DNA of 64,000 nt from Camelus dromedarius (Eukaryota), in assembly GCF_036321535.1 (NCBI RefSeq), contig NC_087438.1, forward strand, positions 13,580,001-13,644,000, written 5' to 3'. Position 1 is the stretch's first letter, and every line of letters begins with the position of its first letter. Shown here in pieces: positions 1 through 14,139 of the stretch. The notes under the pieces were generated by a model. It did not search any database. It saw nothing but the letters and a program-made list of their open reading frames with translations, and was not told the DNA's origin. The position numbers and the translations under genes are program-made.

Positions 1-1079
1 TTTAAATAGTCAAGAGACCTGAGAATGTTCCCTAACACAGACTGATGTGTGTGAGAACATTGTGATGCATTTTTAAAAGTACAGAATTTTGGGGGCTCAT
101 GTTTATCTAGTAATACTCTGATGTAACCCCAGGTTAAATCATACTCTCTCCTGTGGGCTTGAAAGAGAGATGAAAAGAAACAGTTTCACTTCAGCTCTCT
201 AAGAAGAGTGGTTTGCATTTTGCTACTTTAGTATATGGTCTAATGAGGGGCTGGTAGAACAGAGAGAAATTTACTGCTAAATCCCTTTCATAAGTTTTGC
301 TTTTTTGCTGCCCAGAATAAATATGATGAAGAGAGTCATACTCCAAGCTACACTACGCCAGAATTTCTTGTATTAGCAACAGGCTATAGATTACATTAAT
401 TAATCTATACTGACCCGACAGAGAAGCAATAGAGCAATAATATCAAATAATAGTATTGTTATTATTATTATTTCTATAAAACGTGCTCATTGCACACATT
501 AAATCACATTCTTTGAGTTAACTAATTGTGTGCAAATCACTTGTCCTTACCAGATTGACCAAGTGTAGCAATTACAAAAAACAAAAAAAAAGCAAAACAA
601 AAAAGCAACTAGTGTTGTGCTCTAGTTCCTAGTCATCTGTAGTTCATTTCAACATCACATTTTAAGAATTCTCCTGAGAGAACATATTTTAACTAGTCCT
701 ATGTATGTATGTGTGTGTGATTGCGTGTGTGTGTTAGTAAAGATAAAACTAAGGAATATCTCATTATCAATATTGCATATTCTGTACGATTAGAAAGGCT
801 TGGACACATGGTGATTTTTCAAAAACCTGCTTCTAGAAAACCAAAGGATCTTTTTCCCTCACATAATAGTTTATGGTATTTTTAATGGATTGTAGTCAAT
901 TAGCCTGATCTGACTTATTTTTATGTAAAAGTATTATGACTCATTAGTAGAAGTGGAAACATATAAAGTAACTAAATTCACAAAATTTCATTTAAGCCTT
1001 GCCTTTGGAGATAAAGTATTTCTAAGCCTGCATAAAATCGGCTTTATTTCAGTTTGTCTTAGATGCACAGCTAAAAGGA

Positions 1080-1235
1080 AATGCTTTGGCCTAAGACTTC
1101 AGTTTGAAACATTGTCCTCTTAGCCAACTATTCCATATTTGTAAAATATGAGATGAGAAATCACACCATAAACACTCTGAAGATTAAATGAGATGACTTA
1201 CTTATAGGATACGGTGGTGACACCTGATATTAAAT
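1080..1235 (+). mobile_element. MIR SINE, degenerate
   Basis: Core-like 'catatttgtaaaatatgagatgaga...gaagattaaatgagatga' resembles the MIR consensus. Confidence 0.55.
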
Positions 1236-1958
1236 TCCAAAAAATGAATAATTATTGTATGAAATATCTGAATATTAACTCAGGGGATTGAAGTTTGGGC
1301 TATTTTTATTAAATCTCTTTCACATTAGATTTTATGCAAATGCTAAAGATACTGAAGTATAAAAATGTTTCCACTGACCTTAGCAGGATTCTTGGCCCTT
1401 AAATATTCCTCCTCACTACTCTTGCTAAATCCAATTTGACCAACTAGCTGATGCTAAAACCACAGCCTTGGTCCATCAGAACCCATGCAAGGAATACCCG
1501 TGTTCTCTGTTCCTTTTGAAATCTGAACAGTTAAAACTGAGCTTTAACTGAGCTTCCCCCATCTAACATATAACTGCTTTGGGCTTTCTGAACTATCATT
1601 TGGCGCTCTCCTCATGCTGTAATATTTTTAATGAACGCTTGAATGATTGACTTCCACACGTGTTAATAAGTCCTCTTTTGTCACGTTTCCCAGGACAGCA
1701 TTCTTCTAACTATCCAGCTGTAAGTTTTCTGGGGTAACAAATTTGAGAAACTCAAGTTAAAACAGAGAGAGCCTAACTCCCTTAATGTATAGGAGGCCAA
1801 CCGTGGACTTCTTCTGAAAGATGCAGTGAGGAAAAGTGAATCTATCTATTACTCTAGATTTTAATGGATTGAAATTCCTTGACGCCTTAGTCATTCATTA
1901 TCTGAATGATAGAGACACCCTTCACATCCAGAGAGAGACACTGGTCTCTCTTTCTCTG

Positions 1959-2120
1959 CAATGGTTGTTCTCAGACATTAGCCTGCATCCAAATCAGCTG
2001 GAGGGTACCCAAGACCTTTTCGTTTGGTATTTCTAGGGTTGAACCTAAGAACTGATATCTATAGTCAGTTCCCAGGTGATGGTGACACTGATATTGCAGG
2101 GAACACACTCAGAACCACTG
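1959..2120 (+). mobile_element. MER5A-like hAT-Charlie DNA transposon
   Basis: Terminal inverted repeats 'caatggttgttctca' and 'cagaaccactg'; internal 'tgcatccaaatcagctggaggg' and 'agttcccaggtgatggtga' follow MER5A. Confidence 0.85.
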
Positions 2121-2206
2121 CCCTCATTTCGATTTTGCTCCAGAAAAATGTTGAACTAAACTATAGGAATATTCAAATTTTCTCTTTTCTGTTTATGTTC
2201 CTGAAC

Positions 2207-2556
2207 CATTTTATTGGGGGTATGGCTGACACACTAAAGACGGTACGTATTTAATGTACACATCGTGATGAATGTGAAGAGACATAAGCACCTGTGAAAC
2301 CATTACCACAATCCATACCATAAATATCCATCACCTCCAAAGTTTCTTCTCACTCTCGTTATTTCTTCTGCTTTCTTCCTCTTCTCTTCCCTTCTCCTCC
2401 CGTTATTATTTTATTATTATTACTCTTAATATAACATCTACTCTCACAGGAAAAGTTTAATTATACAATATAGTAACATTTAAAGTATAGACATTATGCT
2501 GCACAGTAGGTCTCCTAGGGCTTACTTTTCTTCTGTAATTGAAACTTTACCATTTT
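2207..2556 (-). mobile_element. Old L1 (L1MA/L1MB-type) 3' end
   Basis: 'cacctgtgaaaccattaccacaatc...atatccatcacctccaaagtttc' and 'attatgctgcacagtaggtctc...gtaattgaaactttac' match the antisense L1M 3' UTR. Confidence 0.8.
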
Positions 2557-3529
2557 TACTCCTTTTCAGGAAGATTAGTTCAATGAAAAACTGGTATTAT
2601 GTTCCTATTCTATGCTGGGGCAATAGTTGAAAGATTAACACTTAGACAGGTGACCTGTTCACCCAAGGGAAGGTAAAAAAACAGGTATTTTGAATAGATA
2701 TTAATTACTTGAATTTACCCACCTTATTATAAGATAGTAAAGAGGGTTTTTAAATTATTTGATAATAATTGTTTTTGTGATGTGATTTGACATAGAAGTA
2801 TCTTGATTTTATATGTATGTACTATTTTAATTTTTTTTAGCTCAAAAGCCCACTAATTATTTCAAACTCACAATCAGGTAAATGCTGACAAAAGTGAAAT
2901 CATGTTATTTTCAGAGGGCAAACTAATGCTGATTTTTATAATGTAAGACTAAGTTATGTTAAATAAATTAGGTTTTTAAATATAATCAAGCCCTAAACTA
3001 AGTAAGTTGTGTATCTGATGTGGGGTCATTTTCTTGATATTTAAATAATTTCTGGGTCACTTAAGATAATTTGTGTTATAATACATTTTTGTGTATCTGC
3101 TTTTAAAATAACCTCTTTGAAAGTGCATTTACATTATTTTATATGAAACATGCAGATACAGCTATCATTAGCTAAATGAGGCTGTTTCTCTCACCTTGGG
3201 ACTACATAGCTACATGTTCTTAACGAAAAGTTAGTCATGTATTTTACATGAGCTTGAGAAGCTATTGCCTGTTTCTTACACACCTCAATTTGTTCTTAAA
3301 GACAAAAACATAGCCTTTATTCTCATGAACATTTTATAAGCCAAACATCTATGAGTACATTATTTAGTTTAGTTTTCTTGCCCTGTTATACATAATATGA
3401 ATATTCTATTTCCTAATGGATTTCATGCCAACCTTTCTATCAGACTATACGCATGGTGGTCCTGGAGCTATTCAACTGTGAAAATCAACACAGTACTTCT
3501 CAAAATATTGTAATTAGAAAGCTTTCCAA

Positions 3530-3675
3530 GACCTTCCTATTTTACAGGAAAAAAAAAAAAAAAACAAGATGCAGAGAGAGGACGTGATGGATTTGCTCAA
3601 GACCACACACCCATGGCGATGCTTATACCAGATCCTAATGCTGCTACCTTAGGCTTTTTCCCGATTCTCTCCACA
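3530..3675 (-). mobile_element. MIR SINE, degenerate
   Basis: 'tattttacagga...gatgcagagagagg...gatttgctcaagaccacaca' is the antisense MIR core. Confidence 0.6.
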
Positions 3676-5619
3676 GCCTATGATGGAACTATATATTTTT
3701 TACCTAAGAAAATGCACTTAGTTCTGTTAGATGGCAACAAACAAACAAGAAAACACAAGTGTTTTTTGCCGCTCTATCCTGTAGAATGGAATAATAATAT
3801 GCATGATAATGTTAATGATGTGTAAACTGTCACCGTATGCACCATTGCACAGAAATGTTGTTAATGCATTAAAGTTTTGACTAGACCAAAAACAGTACAA
3901 TTTAAATTCCAAAGAGAACAATCATTGTTCTATTTTACAAACATGTTTAAAAGAAATTGTGTTATTATTTTGCGAGTACATCCAAAGAGAAGCTCAACAT
4001 ACTTTTTGTCATGGAATCCATTATTTATTAAGCATGGATGAAGTTCCTTGCCTCTTAGTCAATTCTCATATCTGCCCTACACGGAATATGAGAATAACCT
4101 AAATGTAACTCTCCTTACACCCCATAGCTGGTAAAGTGTGAAAGTGAAATTGGTACCCAGGTACCCAGGCCTGCCTGCCTCAAAGCCACATTTTATTATT
4201 GTTGTTATTATTATTATCCTTATTATCATTATTATTATTATTATTCTATGCAAGTGTTTCTGTATGGGCTTCCCAATCTGGAGAACTGATTAGAAGAATT
4301 AAACTTCAGAATGCAGAGTACACTGAACAACCTCTTCTGTCCTATGAAGACACAGACTTTAAAGGGTTAGCTAGACATGGTTAATATTTGAAAAGCAATT
4401 CATGTCTAAAATTATTTTTTGTACATTTTGTGTATTCTCCAGGAGATCAAATATTCTTCACATAATCTGGTGTGTATTATCTACACGCATAGGTCTTTGG
4501 TGTGACTTTGTCACCAACCAAGATAATAAATATTTCTCTCCTATCACTTGCAGATATCATTACATGAAAATTATTGTAGTTATTAGACTGACCATCAAAT
4601 CTTATTATTCCATACAGAATATTACTAAGTATTTTATTTAAAAGAAACTACTACTTCTCAGTTAGTCAATAAAACCAATTAAAAGCTCTTTTCTCACCCA
4701 AGTTTGAAGGAATTTTGAGTTTTATCTGTAAAACTCAATCTGGTCTGTGGCTTACAAATAAAGAACTCCTGAAACAATGGAAATTACACTATCATGGAAA
4801 ACATAATGTAGAGGTTATAATTGTACCTTTGAGATTCTTCTTAGACTAAGAATCCAAAAAGACTGGTTGTGATTTATTTTTCTTTATAATTGTACATAAA
4901 ATAGAAAAATTCCATCATATAAAGCCATTTTTAAAATAATGTTAAAAGCATAAAAGCAAACTATCTAAAAACTCTTTAAAATAATTTCTTTGGAACTTCT
5001 GAAACATTTCTGAATCAAGATGATGAAACAGATTTAATATTTAAAATCTAAAAAAAAATTCAAAAAGAAAATCAGGAACATACATAACATCAATTTTATA
5101 AAGGGGGCATATGTTCCTGAACCAGATTCAGTGTCAAGGTCTTATCTTTTTCATAGCAGCGTATTATTCATGAGCTCATGAAAGCGCTGGCTCTGCCATG
5201 GACCTATCCCTTCTGATATATTAAGAATATTGACCTGAGTCTGTATTGGGGGCATTCAGGTTCACATGCGTGTCCTGGTATGTGCTGTGCAGGAAATAAA
5301 TTCGTAATTAGTCTCTTGCACTATATGTACTCAGCAAACTATTAAAATCTCATTCATTTTTTTCTTCACATACATCTGGAAATACAAAACTTAGATTTAA
5401 TATACAATGACATGTACCGTTCTTTGATGAACTTTCTTAAAATGGTTTATCAGTCTTCTACCTTGAAACATTATTTTTTTCATTTTATATTTCAAAAATC
5501 TCTAAAGAGCGAGAGTGATAGTAGAGTTATTCTTAAGTACACCAAGCAAATGGTCATCTGGGAAAATAAAATTGAATATATGTTGTATATATGTCTACTT
5601 CTACAAACTAAATATTTCT

Positions 5620-5770
5620 ATAATGTACATATATGCATATATGTATATATATGTGTATGTGTGAATACACACATATATGTAGTACCTATGTATGACTATA
5701 TATCCATAATGTAACATTTATATATTATATATTAAATATATATGGTGTGTGTATATGTGTATCTATGTAT
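5620..5770. repeat. (TA)/(TG)-rich low-complexity tract
   Basis: Imperfect TATG/TATA/TGTG runs seen directly. Confidence 0.8.
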
Positions 5771-7344
5771 TAGATCAAAAATAAAACTAATTTTAAGTGG
5801 TAACTGAGCTCTTAGAAAGAGAGTTGAAGCTGGAGGATCATTAGTGAGAATGTTGGATCTGGTCTAAATTTTTTCTGTTTTATACGTTGAATGTCATATT
5901 TTACCAAATATGAAAGCATCATTATAACTTGCGCCAATTTTTCTTATACCTCTAATGAAGAAAACATATTAACAATTAAATTATGACATGTTATTCCTTC
6001 AGTTATCTTCCCAGCCCATCATTAGTGTCAACTACATTGATATAAAAGATCTTGCAACTTTTATATCCTCAGTGGCATTTCACATCATATGCCGAGCAAT
6101 CCTTTTGTAACCCAGCTTCATTCAAATGTTTGTATTTTCCATTCTTAGGTTCCACAAAACACTCAATTCATACTTTGCAAGGAAATAAGATTCTAAGACA
6201 CTTCCCCATTTCAAAAATGTTCAAAAGGGAAAAAATATTTATGCACTGATCAAATGTGGTGTGTTGATAAAACAGAATGATTACAAGGATTTTTTTCCCT
6301 GTATGTCTCTTGAAAATGTTCCAACTACTTTAGCAAATAATTCTGTCTAGATCCATAATTTAATTTGTCTCCATTATTTATAAATTATATGACTCATATT
6401 TATTCAGAATTCAAGTTCCTTGAAAAGTCAAGGTTCCCAAAGAATCTGAGAGCCTATGTTTAAAAGAGAAACAAAATATCCTTCTGGGACTGTGACAAAC
6501 TGAGATCTAGGGTTATTATCACTTTTAATGGTTCCTTAGTTAGATGCTAAGTTGAAACAAAAGTACCCAAAAGGGAAAATGGTATATCTGTTTTTAGTAC
6601 ATACTTATTATCCTTTGACAGTAACACATTTTGAAATAGGACCTTGGGAAAAAAACAATTGCAAAAAAAGGCAGAAATGATCCCACTAGTCATTCCGATA
6701 ACTTTCAAAAGATTGCATGTGAAAAGCAACTTCAGTTGCTATAGTTTGTACTGATTATTTAATTACTTAAAATAGGAAAGTCTGAACCAGTAATTCTTAA
6801 ATGCAGCAAGTGTTAGCTTTTACAGTTATCTTTTTAAAAGCCTAACAAGAAAATAAGTACATTTTCAACTTTAAAATAGAGTATGCGTGTTCTATAATCT
6901 AATTAAGCAGCAATTCTCAACCTTTATTCCTTTGGAATTTGTAAGCTATTTGCATTTCCCAAAATACTCGAGAAACAGGAGGTTTAGGGCACAAGGGGAG
7001 AAGAATGGATCCCCAGAGGATTTCCTACCCCAAGAAGGAATGGGGCTATTAAGGCAGAACCTAGACCTTAGCAAATACCTCATAATGTTTACTCAATTCT
7101 CTGCTGATTAAAATGTTTATTTTCTTATTTTTTCTATTATACACAATCATCTTTGGGTACTTGTGGGTTTTTGTTTGTTTGTGTTTTGTTTTTCTTGCAT
7201 TATTTCCAAAAGCGAAATTGCTACATCAATAAGAATTAACATTTTTAAAGGTTTTTATGTATATTATCAAATTTCTTTTCACAAAAGATGAAACATTTTC
7301 TCATCATTTTGAAAGTGTGTTCCCATAGGTTTTATTATTATTAT

Positions 7345-7710
7345 TTATTAGGATTCAGTGTAAGATGATATAATAAAAGGGTTTCAAACCACCACAGATT
7401 AAATGAGGTTGAGTTTATTTTTGTCTCATATGAAAGGTGAGCAGACAGTCCAGGACTGATGAGTGGTGCTTTTTTTCCAAAATTATGCCCCCCCCCCTTG
7501 AAGTTTAAGGCACTGTTTCATTTCCTCCCATTTCCCATACATCAAGAAGAAAGAAAGAGGAAGTGAGCAGGAAAAATATAAACCTGTGAAATCATGATCC
7601 AGAAACATCACTTTTGCTTACTTTTAATTGTCCATTGTCACACCCAGAAGTAAGGGGTGCAAATAATTTAGACTCCAGCTGTGTCCGTGTGCTGAGCTAA
7701 AACTCATAGG
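7345..7710 (-). mobile_element. Old MaLR LTR (MLT1J/K/L-like)
   Basis: 'gagtttatttttgtctcata...gcagacagtccaggactg' and 'catcacttttgcttac...gtgctgagctaaaactc' resemble antisense old MLT1 LTRs. Confidence 0.65.
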
Positions 7711-8177
7711 GCATGACCTTTAACACCTAATTCAAATGTTTACTTTTTCTCATATAGGTTTTAAATAGCTCTTCATTTATAAAAAAGTACTTATCATGTA
7801 TCTTTGGATTAATTATTTTATAATTTATCTTTTATGGGTTTGTTTATATATTCTTTCCATATCAAAAGTTTCTTCTGTTAATACTATAATTTAGTTGAAT
7901 TGTATATGTATGTATGTATGTATTTAGTCTTTGGGTATGTCTTTAGAATTCATGCTTAGAAATTCCACATCTTCTTCAATGTTCTGAATATATTCAATTA
8001 TTTCTCTTTTAGAATTTCTGTGAGAAATCTTTGCATTTAAATATTGGGCTCATGGGGTTAGTTTTAAATAATTCAGATATATCTTTTTTTTTCTTTTAAT
8101 AAACTTTTCCATTTGACCTAACACAATACAAAAAATGCTCATGCTGGTTAAAATCGAATAAACAGGTAGATCTCAGA

Positions 8178-8214
8178 TACATACATACATACATACATAC
8201 ATACATACATACAT
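8178..8214. repeat. (TACA)n microsatellite, about 9 units
   Basis: Direct observation. Confidence 0.95.
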
Positions 8215-8399
8215 AATATGTACATGAAAAGAAAGATTAGTTTTTAAAATCCATTGTTACAATCCAAAAAGTATGTTCTGTTGTAAAATAAGATTTGTTA
8301 TTTTATACATTTTTAAGAATGTTAATTCATTAAAAATGATCACCAGTTGCTTGTGTTAACATTTTAAAAAATTTGTTCATTATGTATTAGGAACTACTG

Positions 8400-10080
8400 G
8401 AAGGAAAGATGAAAGAAAGAAAGAAAGAAAAAGAAAAAAAGAAAGAAAAACAAAATCACAGACAAAAGAAAGAAAACCTACATAAAAGATAAACAGTGCA
8501 GACATACAAAAAAGAAGGAAGCAAAATAAAATCAACAACATATAAAGTATCTACAGCGAGAGATAAAACAGATACAAAACATGTAAGAGATTAGTTAATA
8601 AGACATTAGAAAAGCAGAAAATAGATGATAAGTAGAGAAAAATAAACAAATTCTATTATGTTAGAAGAAATGAAAAAAAAAGGAGAGATGAAAACATTCA
8701 GACACATTTAAGGGCATATCTAAGGAAAATAAAATCAGGAAAAACAAGATGCAAAGGGGAGCAAAGAACTACAAGCAAAAAAGAAAATTGAAAAATACAA
8801 ATGGTAGGCAAAACATATTAATTGTAAACATATTTTGTATTTCTGAGAGACGGAATGGAAGAAATGAAACAAAAGCATAACCCAAGATAAAATAGATGAG
8901 AATTTGCTAAAATCAAGAAGACATAAATCAACAAAATTACAACATACAACCCGGAAACTTTTGCTACTTAATATGCAAAGTCATAACTAAATCTAAGTGA
9001 CTATTAAAGAATAATAGTGACAAATCCTGCAGAAGAGAAATTACAAGGATTAAAATTCATAATTCATATATATTGCTAAATAGTCTACATAACTAAAAAA
9101 AAAAAACAGCTTCTAAAATAATAAATCAAACCCTGGATTCATAAAGAGAATTTCAAAAAGAACAATGGTAGATTACTTTAGTGCATTTTTTTCTCATGAT
9201 ATGATAATCGTATAGACCAAGGGACAAGTCTATCAATGACCTAAATAACTTAATTGATGAGTCGTATTACATAACTTTATCCCACAGATATATGTGATAT
9301 CTCCATAAAATTTGATGAATAAATATCCACACATACATTTCAAAATCTCAAAATACTTCATTTTTGTGTCCCTGTGGACACTGACAAAAATTTAACTGTA
9401 AATATACTGCAAGTAAATCTCAGCAAAAATGTATAAAATTAAATGTATTTATGTACATGTTTATATATGATTACACTCTGATCCCAAATAAATTAACTTG
9501 AAATTAATAACAAAAAACAAATCATCTCACTTGTAAATCAATAAAACATGAATAAAATTCTCTTATAACTAATGCTAGAATAAATCAATAATCAAAACAA
9601 ATACTTTTACAAATATAACACAGGTGTGAATATTATTCATTAAAGCCAACGGGATTTAGTTTAAACAATACTCAGGATAAAATTTACAGCATAACTTCTA
9701 ATATTATTAAGAAAACAAAGAACAACAACTTTAAAAAATGAAACTAAGTATTAAAATAAAATATTAGAACCACAAAACAAAACTAAATGCAAAAGGGATT
9801 AAAAATAAAACCTCTAAGTTGATTAGAAAATACACTAAAGTATAGAACTAACCAAAAACAGATTCTTGATTTTTAGAAAAAGCCCACAAAATAAATCAGC
9901 AAAATTAAAAAGCATAATAGTATGCATTTTAAATTATTCAAAATAATAATGTGAATGAAACGACAATAATAGATCCAAAAGAAATTAAAGTAATTATATG
10001 GTAATAACTTTCTCAATCACATGCAAATAATTTTGGTCACCAGCACAGGTTGGTTAAAATTTTTTAAAGAGGTTGAAAAT
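8400..10080 (+). mobile_element. Highly eroded L1M fragment (ORF1 end to 5' part of ORF2)
   Basis: Strongly A-rich plus strand; 'acaataatagatccaaaagaaattaaag...catgcaaataattttg' corresponds to ORF2 ITTDPTEIK...YANKF; 'ggataaaatttacagcataac' corresponds to RGKFIAL. Confidence 0.7.
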
Positions 10081-10674
10081 AATAAACTCATAATAGTAAC
10101 TGTTACTTAGGAATACTGCCTGGATACAGGCACATTGAATCTCACACAAAAGCAGCAGCCTGAGTCCCTTCAAGTCTGTGATGGAGAGTTCCCACACCTC
10201 CCAGGAAGGAAGGGTATTGTCTGTATTTGCAAGAGTAGAGCATGATCTAGCTTCACCGTTTTTAACTCTGGAGGAGGTCTAAAGTTGAAACAAATCACTT
10301 ACCATAGAATAAGTATAAAATAACTTGAAAATTGAAAGCAGAGTGGGTAGAGTAACAGCTGGCAGCTGCGTAACAGCCAAAATTCAAAGAGATTTTAAAA
10401 CTTAGAAACCTGTGAAAAATGTCACAATATCTGTACAGTTTAAACTGTAGAAAGTAATCTGTACTATACGTTCATAATCCATTTTGGATTGCTGTCTTTT
10501 TGACGTCTTAGCTTTAATAATAGAAATGATAATATCAATCGAAAATTGTAAACACAATAACGTTCAGAATCATTACTAAGCAAATAAATAAAGTTATAAA
10601 AGTAGCTGTGTATAAATTTGTCAGAAATTTGGGTAAATTAAGGTATATTCATAGATTTCTCTAGTTCTCCAGAT

Positions 10675-10888
10675 CAGAGATCAGAAACTGTTTGCTTTAA
10701 GGAACAAAACAGTAAATAGTTTCCATTTTGTGTGCCATATGGTCTGTTGCAGCTACTTGATTTTGCATGAGAGCAGCCATAGAAAATTAACAACAAACAA
10801 ACAAGCGAGCATGGCTGTGTTTCCATAAACTTTATTTACAGAAGCAGTGAGTTGGATAAGGCTCCTATCTACAGGTTCCTGAACTCCA
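10675..10888 (+). mobile_element. MER58A-like hAT-Charlie DNA transposon
   Basis: 'gccatatggtctgttgcagctact', 'agcagccataga' and 'gcatggctgtgtttccataaactttatttaca' match MER58A; flanks ctccagat/gtctaaat resemble the NTCTAGAN hAT target. Confidence 0.88.
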
Positions 10889-11079
10889 GTCTAAATCATC
10901 TATACAAGCTTGTAGGAAGAAAAAAGTTTGATTAAAAAAAAAAAAGAACGAGAATTCATAAAACTTATAAAATTGGCTAAAATTTTTTCAATGACATTGT
11001 TGGTTTCTTTACCTGTACTTTAATTCTCAATAACATTTCAAAATGTATATTACAAGATGGAGAACATGCCATTCTATTT

Positions 11080-11190
11080 TTATTTTCATTTTACAAATAA
11101 AGATTCTTACGGGATATAGCAATTTTCTCAAGGTCACAGGGCTGTAAATGATTGATTTATATTTGAAATCAGATGATTTGACTCCACTTA
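11080..11190 (-). mobile_element. MIR SINE fragment
   Basis: 'cattttacaaataaag...tctcaaggtcacag...atttgaaatcagatgatttgactcca'. Confidence 0.7.
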
Positions 11191-12906
11191 GCAGGTAAAC
11201 AGTGTTAAATAATTAAAACCATTGGGTACAATCCTAATTAATCTATGCAGGACAGTTTCAGAAGTGAAAAGGTGACACTGAATTTCACTTCAAAATATGT
11301 ATCATCATTTAAGTGCAAATTTTTATTAAAACAAAATTATTCATGCTAAAATAGTGACTTGATAAAAATATTTAAGAGGAAGTTCATTTTCCCAATGAAT
11401 AGTTAGATGTTAGAAAAAAAAAAAAGATGATCTTTTCATGTTTGATAAACTCCTTTAGGATTTTAGGACTTAGGAAAGATCAAATATTAGGAGCCTGCCA
11501 TTGACATAATTTGGAGTTTGCACAGCTTTTCTCTCTCAAGAAATATATTCATGAACGTGTATGAAATAATTGAATTTACTAATGATTATTGAAAAAGGAA
11601 GAAGCAATTTTCAATGAAAAAAAAGATAAATATTCTCTTTATTTGCCCCATAATGCAATTTTAGTCTCTGCACATGGAACAAGGTTGATTGTTCCTGAGT
11701 ACAACTTCCCTTACAGCTCTAATATGTTATTAAATATTTATAAACTTTAACAATATTAACTATTATTGCTCACCTTTCTTTAGGCTGGCATAATTAATGC
11801 CTACATTCTATTTTCACTTACAATTTATGTATTAAATACCGTTTGATGATGCTCAATTAGCGTTTGTGTTTTAAAATTGTGCTATATATAACTTAATTAA
11901 GTAGGAGTTCAAGAAGTCAGTAGTTTTATTATCTCAAAGGGAAATCAGCATAATATGATTTGCAAGGAGTAAAAGGATGAGGGCAAATCTCTGATTTAGG
12001 CCAGAAAATACTTGTGATGCAGAAAATAAAATAACTTCATGTTTGAAGTAGTTCTTAAAGATTTTCTATTCTAATGACTCCACTGATGATTGGGTACTTT
12101 CAAAGTAGTTTGCCTAACGAACATTCAGGCTACCCTAGCATACAACCAGTACAATAAAACCATTTCCTTACGATGTCATGTCACCTTCAGAAAACTCTCA
12201 TCATTAGGTAACGGTCCTTATTTTGAGCTGTATTTGTCTTCTAAAATGTTTTTAACTTGTTGCCATGTCTATTGGATTGGCTCACATGAAATATTTACTC
12301 TTTATATTTTCAGATATTACTTTAATGAGCCCCTAAATTGTGGTTTCTTGTCATTAATTTGGAGGCTCTTTAGCTGTCCCTGACATGCCAAGTATATTTC
12401 CCTTAGAAACACTACAGTTTGTTTTTAATTAACCTTTCAAAATAAGTGACCTCTGGCCAATTGAGCACAATATTTTCAATAGAGCCAAAGGAACACACAT
12501 TATTTCTCATCTCCCTCAAAAGCTTGCAGAAACTAATTACCTTTCGAATTTTTTAAGCTTTTCTTCCCTGACTTTTAAAATAAATATTGGCATTAATGGG
12601 CATGGGGAATTTAAAAAATGTTTAAAAATTTCAACAGCAGCCCCCATTTTTGTTAATTAAAAACAAAATAATTTCTGGTACCTGCTTCAATATAAGATCT
12701 CGTGAAAACAGTGTTGCTAATCACTGATTTGACTGGTTAAAGTCCTGGTAAATGGCACTGAACCTCCAGCTACTAATGCTTGAGGAACGACATTGATGTT
12801 TGTGTTTTATGTGTCATGAAAAGGTAAGACTGGAGAAGAGGTGAGAAACCTAGCAGGGAGCTGTACTGTGTATGACCTATGATGCCTTGATTAAGATTTT
12901 GGTCTC

Positions 12907-13048
12907 AACTATATTCAATATCTTGTAGTAACATTTATAGAGAAAGAATATGAATACAAATATGCATATGTACATGCATGACTAGGACATTGTGCTGTGC
13001 CCCAGAAATTGATGTATTGTAACTGACTATACTCCAATAAAAAAAAAG
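12907..13048 (+). mobile_element. Young camelid-type L1 3' terminal fragment with poly(A)
   Basis: 'aactatattcaatatcttgtagtaac...cattgtgctgt...gactatactccaataaaaaaaaa' is closely similar to the L1 3' ends at 33548-33985 and 42553-42789. Confidence 0.9.
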
Positions 13049-13049
13049 A

Positions 13050-14050
13050 GAGATTATAGAAAGTATGCATAGAGCAACTGATTTATAAATCAATAAATTT
13101 GTGGTGTTGGAAACAAAAAATATTTTGGCCTCTACTAGAGTAAAATGGGAAGTCATCAAAGAATTTCAAGCAAATGAATGACACATGATTTTAAAAACTC
13201 AATTTGGCAATTAAGCATGTCCAGAGTGGAAGCCAGAGACCAATTAAACATGATTACAATGATCCAGATGACAGAATTCTGTCTCTTGAACGAGGGTGAA
13301 AGCAGTGGAGAAAATAAACACTTGATAGCTTTTAACATTTGAGATGACAAAATTCATAAAGCATAAAAAACTTTTTAAAGGAGTTTAAAAAAAAGAATCT
13401 GAGAAATGGGGTAGTAACTATAATACAGAATTAATATGGTGTTCGTTCGGGACTTTTTGGTTAAAATGAGTTATTTGTGTAACATGGATGTACATAGATG
13501 ATGATGATCAGTAGAGAAGGCGATAGTAATGCTGTAAAAAAGAAGCAGAGCAATTTCTGGAGTGATGACCACTGGAAGAAAATGAAGAGCCTACCAGATG
13601 CTGGGAACCATTCTGGGTAGGGAAACCATAGCAGTGAAAAGACAACATCCCCAGTTCCCTATAGGTCACATTTTCATGGGATGATAAGGTGGAGATAAAG
13701 TTCAATAAAAATAAACTACTCAACTTTATAAATATAAATTATATTATATTGGTTTAAAGTGCTATAAAATGCAGAGGAAGTACTTTAAAATGATATAAGG
13801 TTCCTAACTTATTTAAGGTCCTCAGAAAGATAGAAGAGGAGATAGGATCCAACCCAGTGGACAAGTAGGGGTGTCTTTACGTAGGGTATGGATAGTCCAC
13901 GCGCAGTGACGGGAGAAAAGACAGCACGAAGGTCAAGACACAAGTGGGCTAGCGGCCTCAACGGTTGGAGTGCTACCATTTTCTTCTAATTTCTCCTGTT
14001 ATTTCAATTAACTAAGGATCAGGATTAAAAAGAGTTTGAAGTGTAAAACC
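13050..14050 (-). mobile_element. L2 LINE fragments, eroded
   Basis: 'agagtggaagccagagaccaatta...atgatccagatga' is typical antisense L2; purine-rich plus strand. Confidence 0.55.
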
Positions 14051-14139
14051 CTTACAAGTGGAGAAGGTCACAAATCCATCAAGAATGGGTTAAACCTTGG
14101 GAAGAAATTCTGAGCCCTAGGTAGAAGAACAAATTTGTT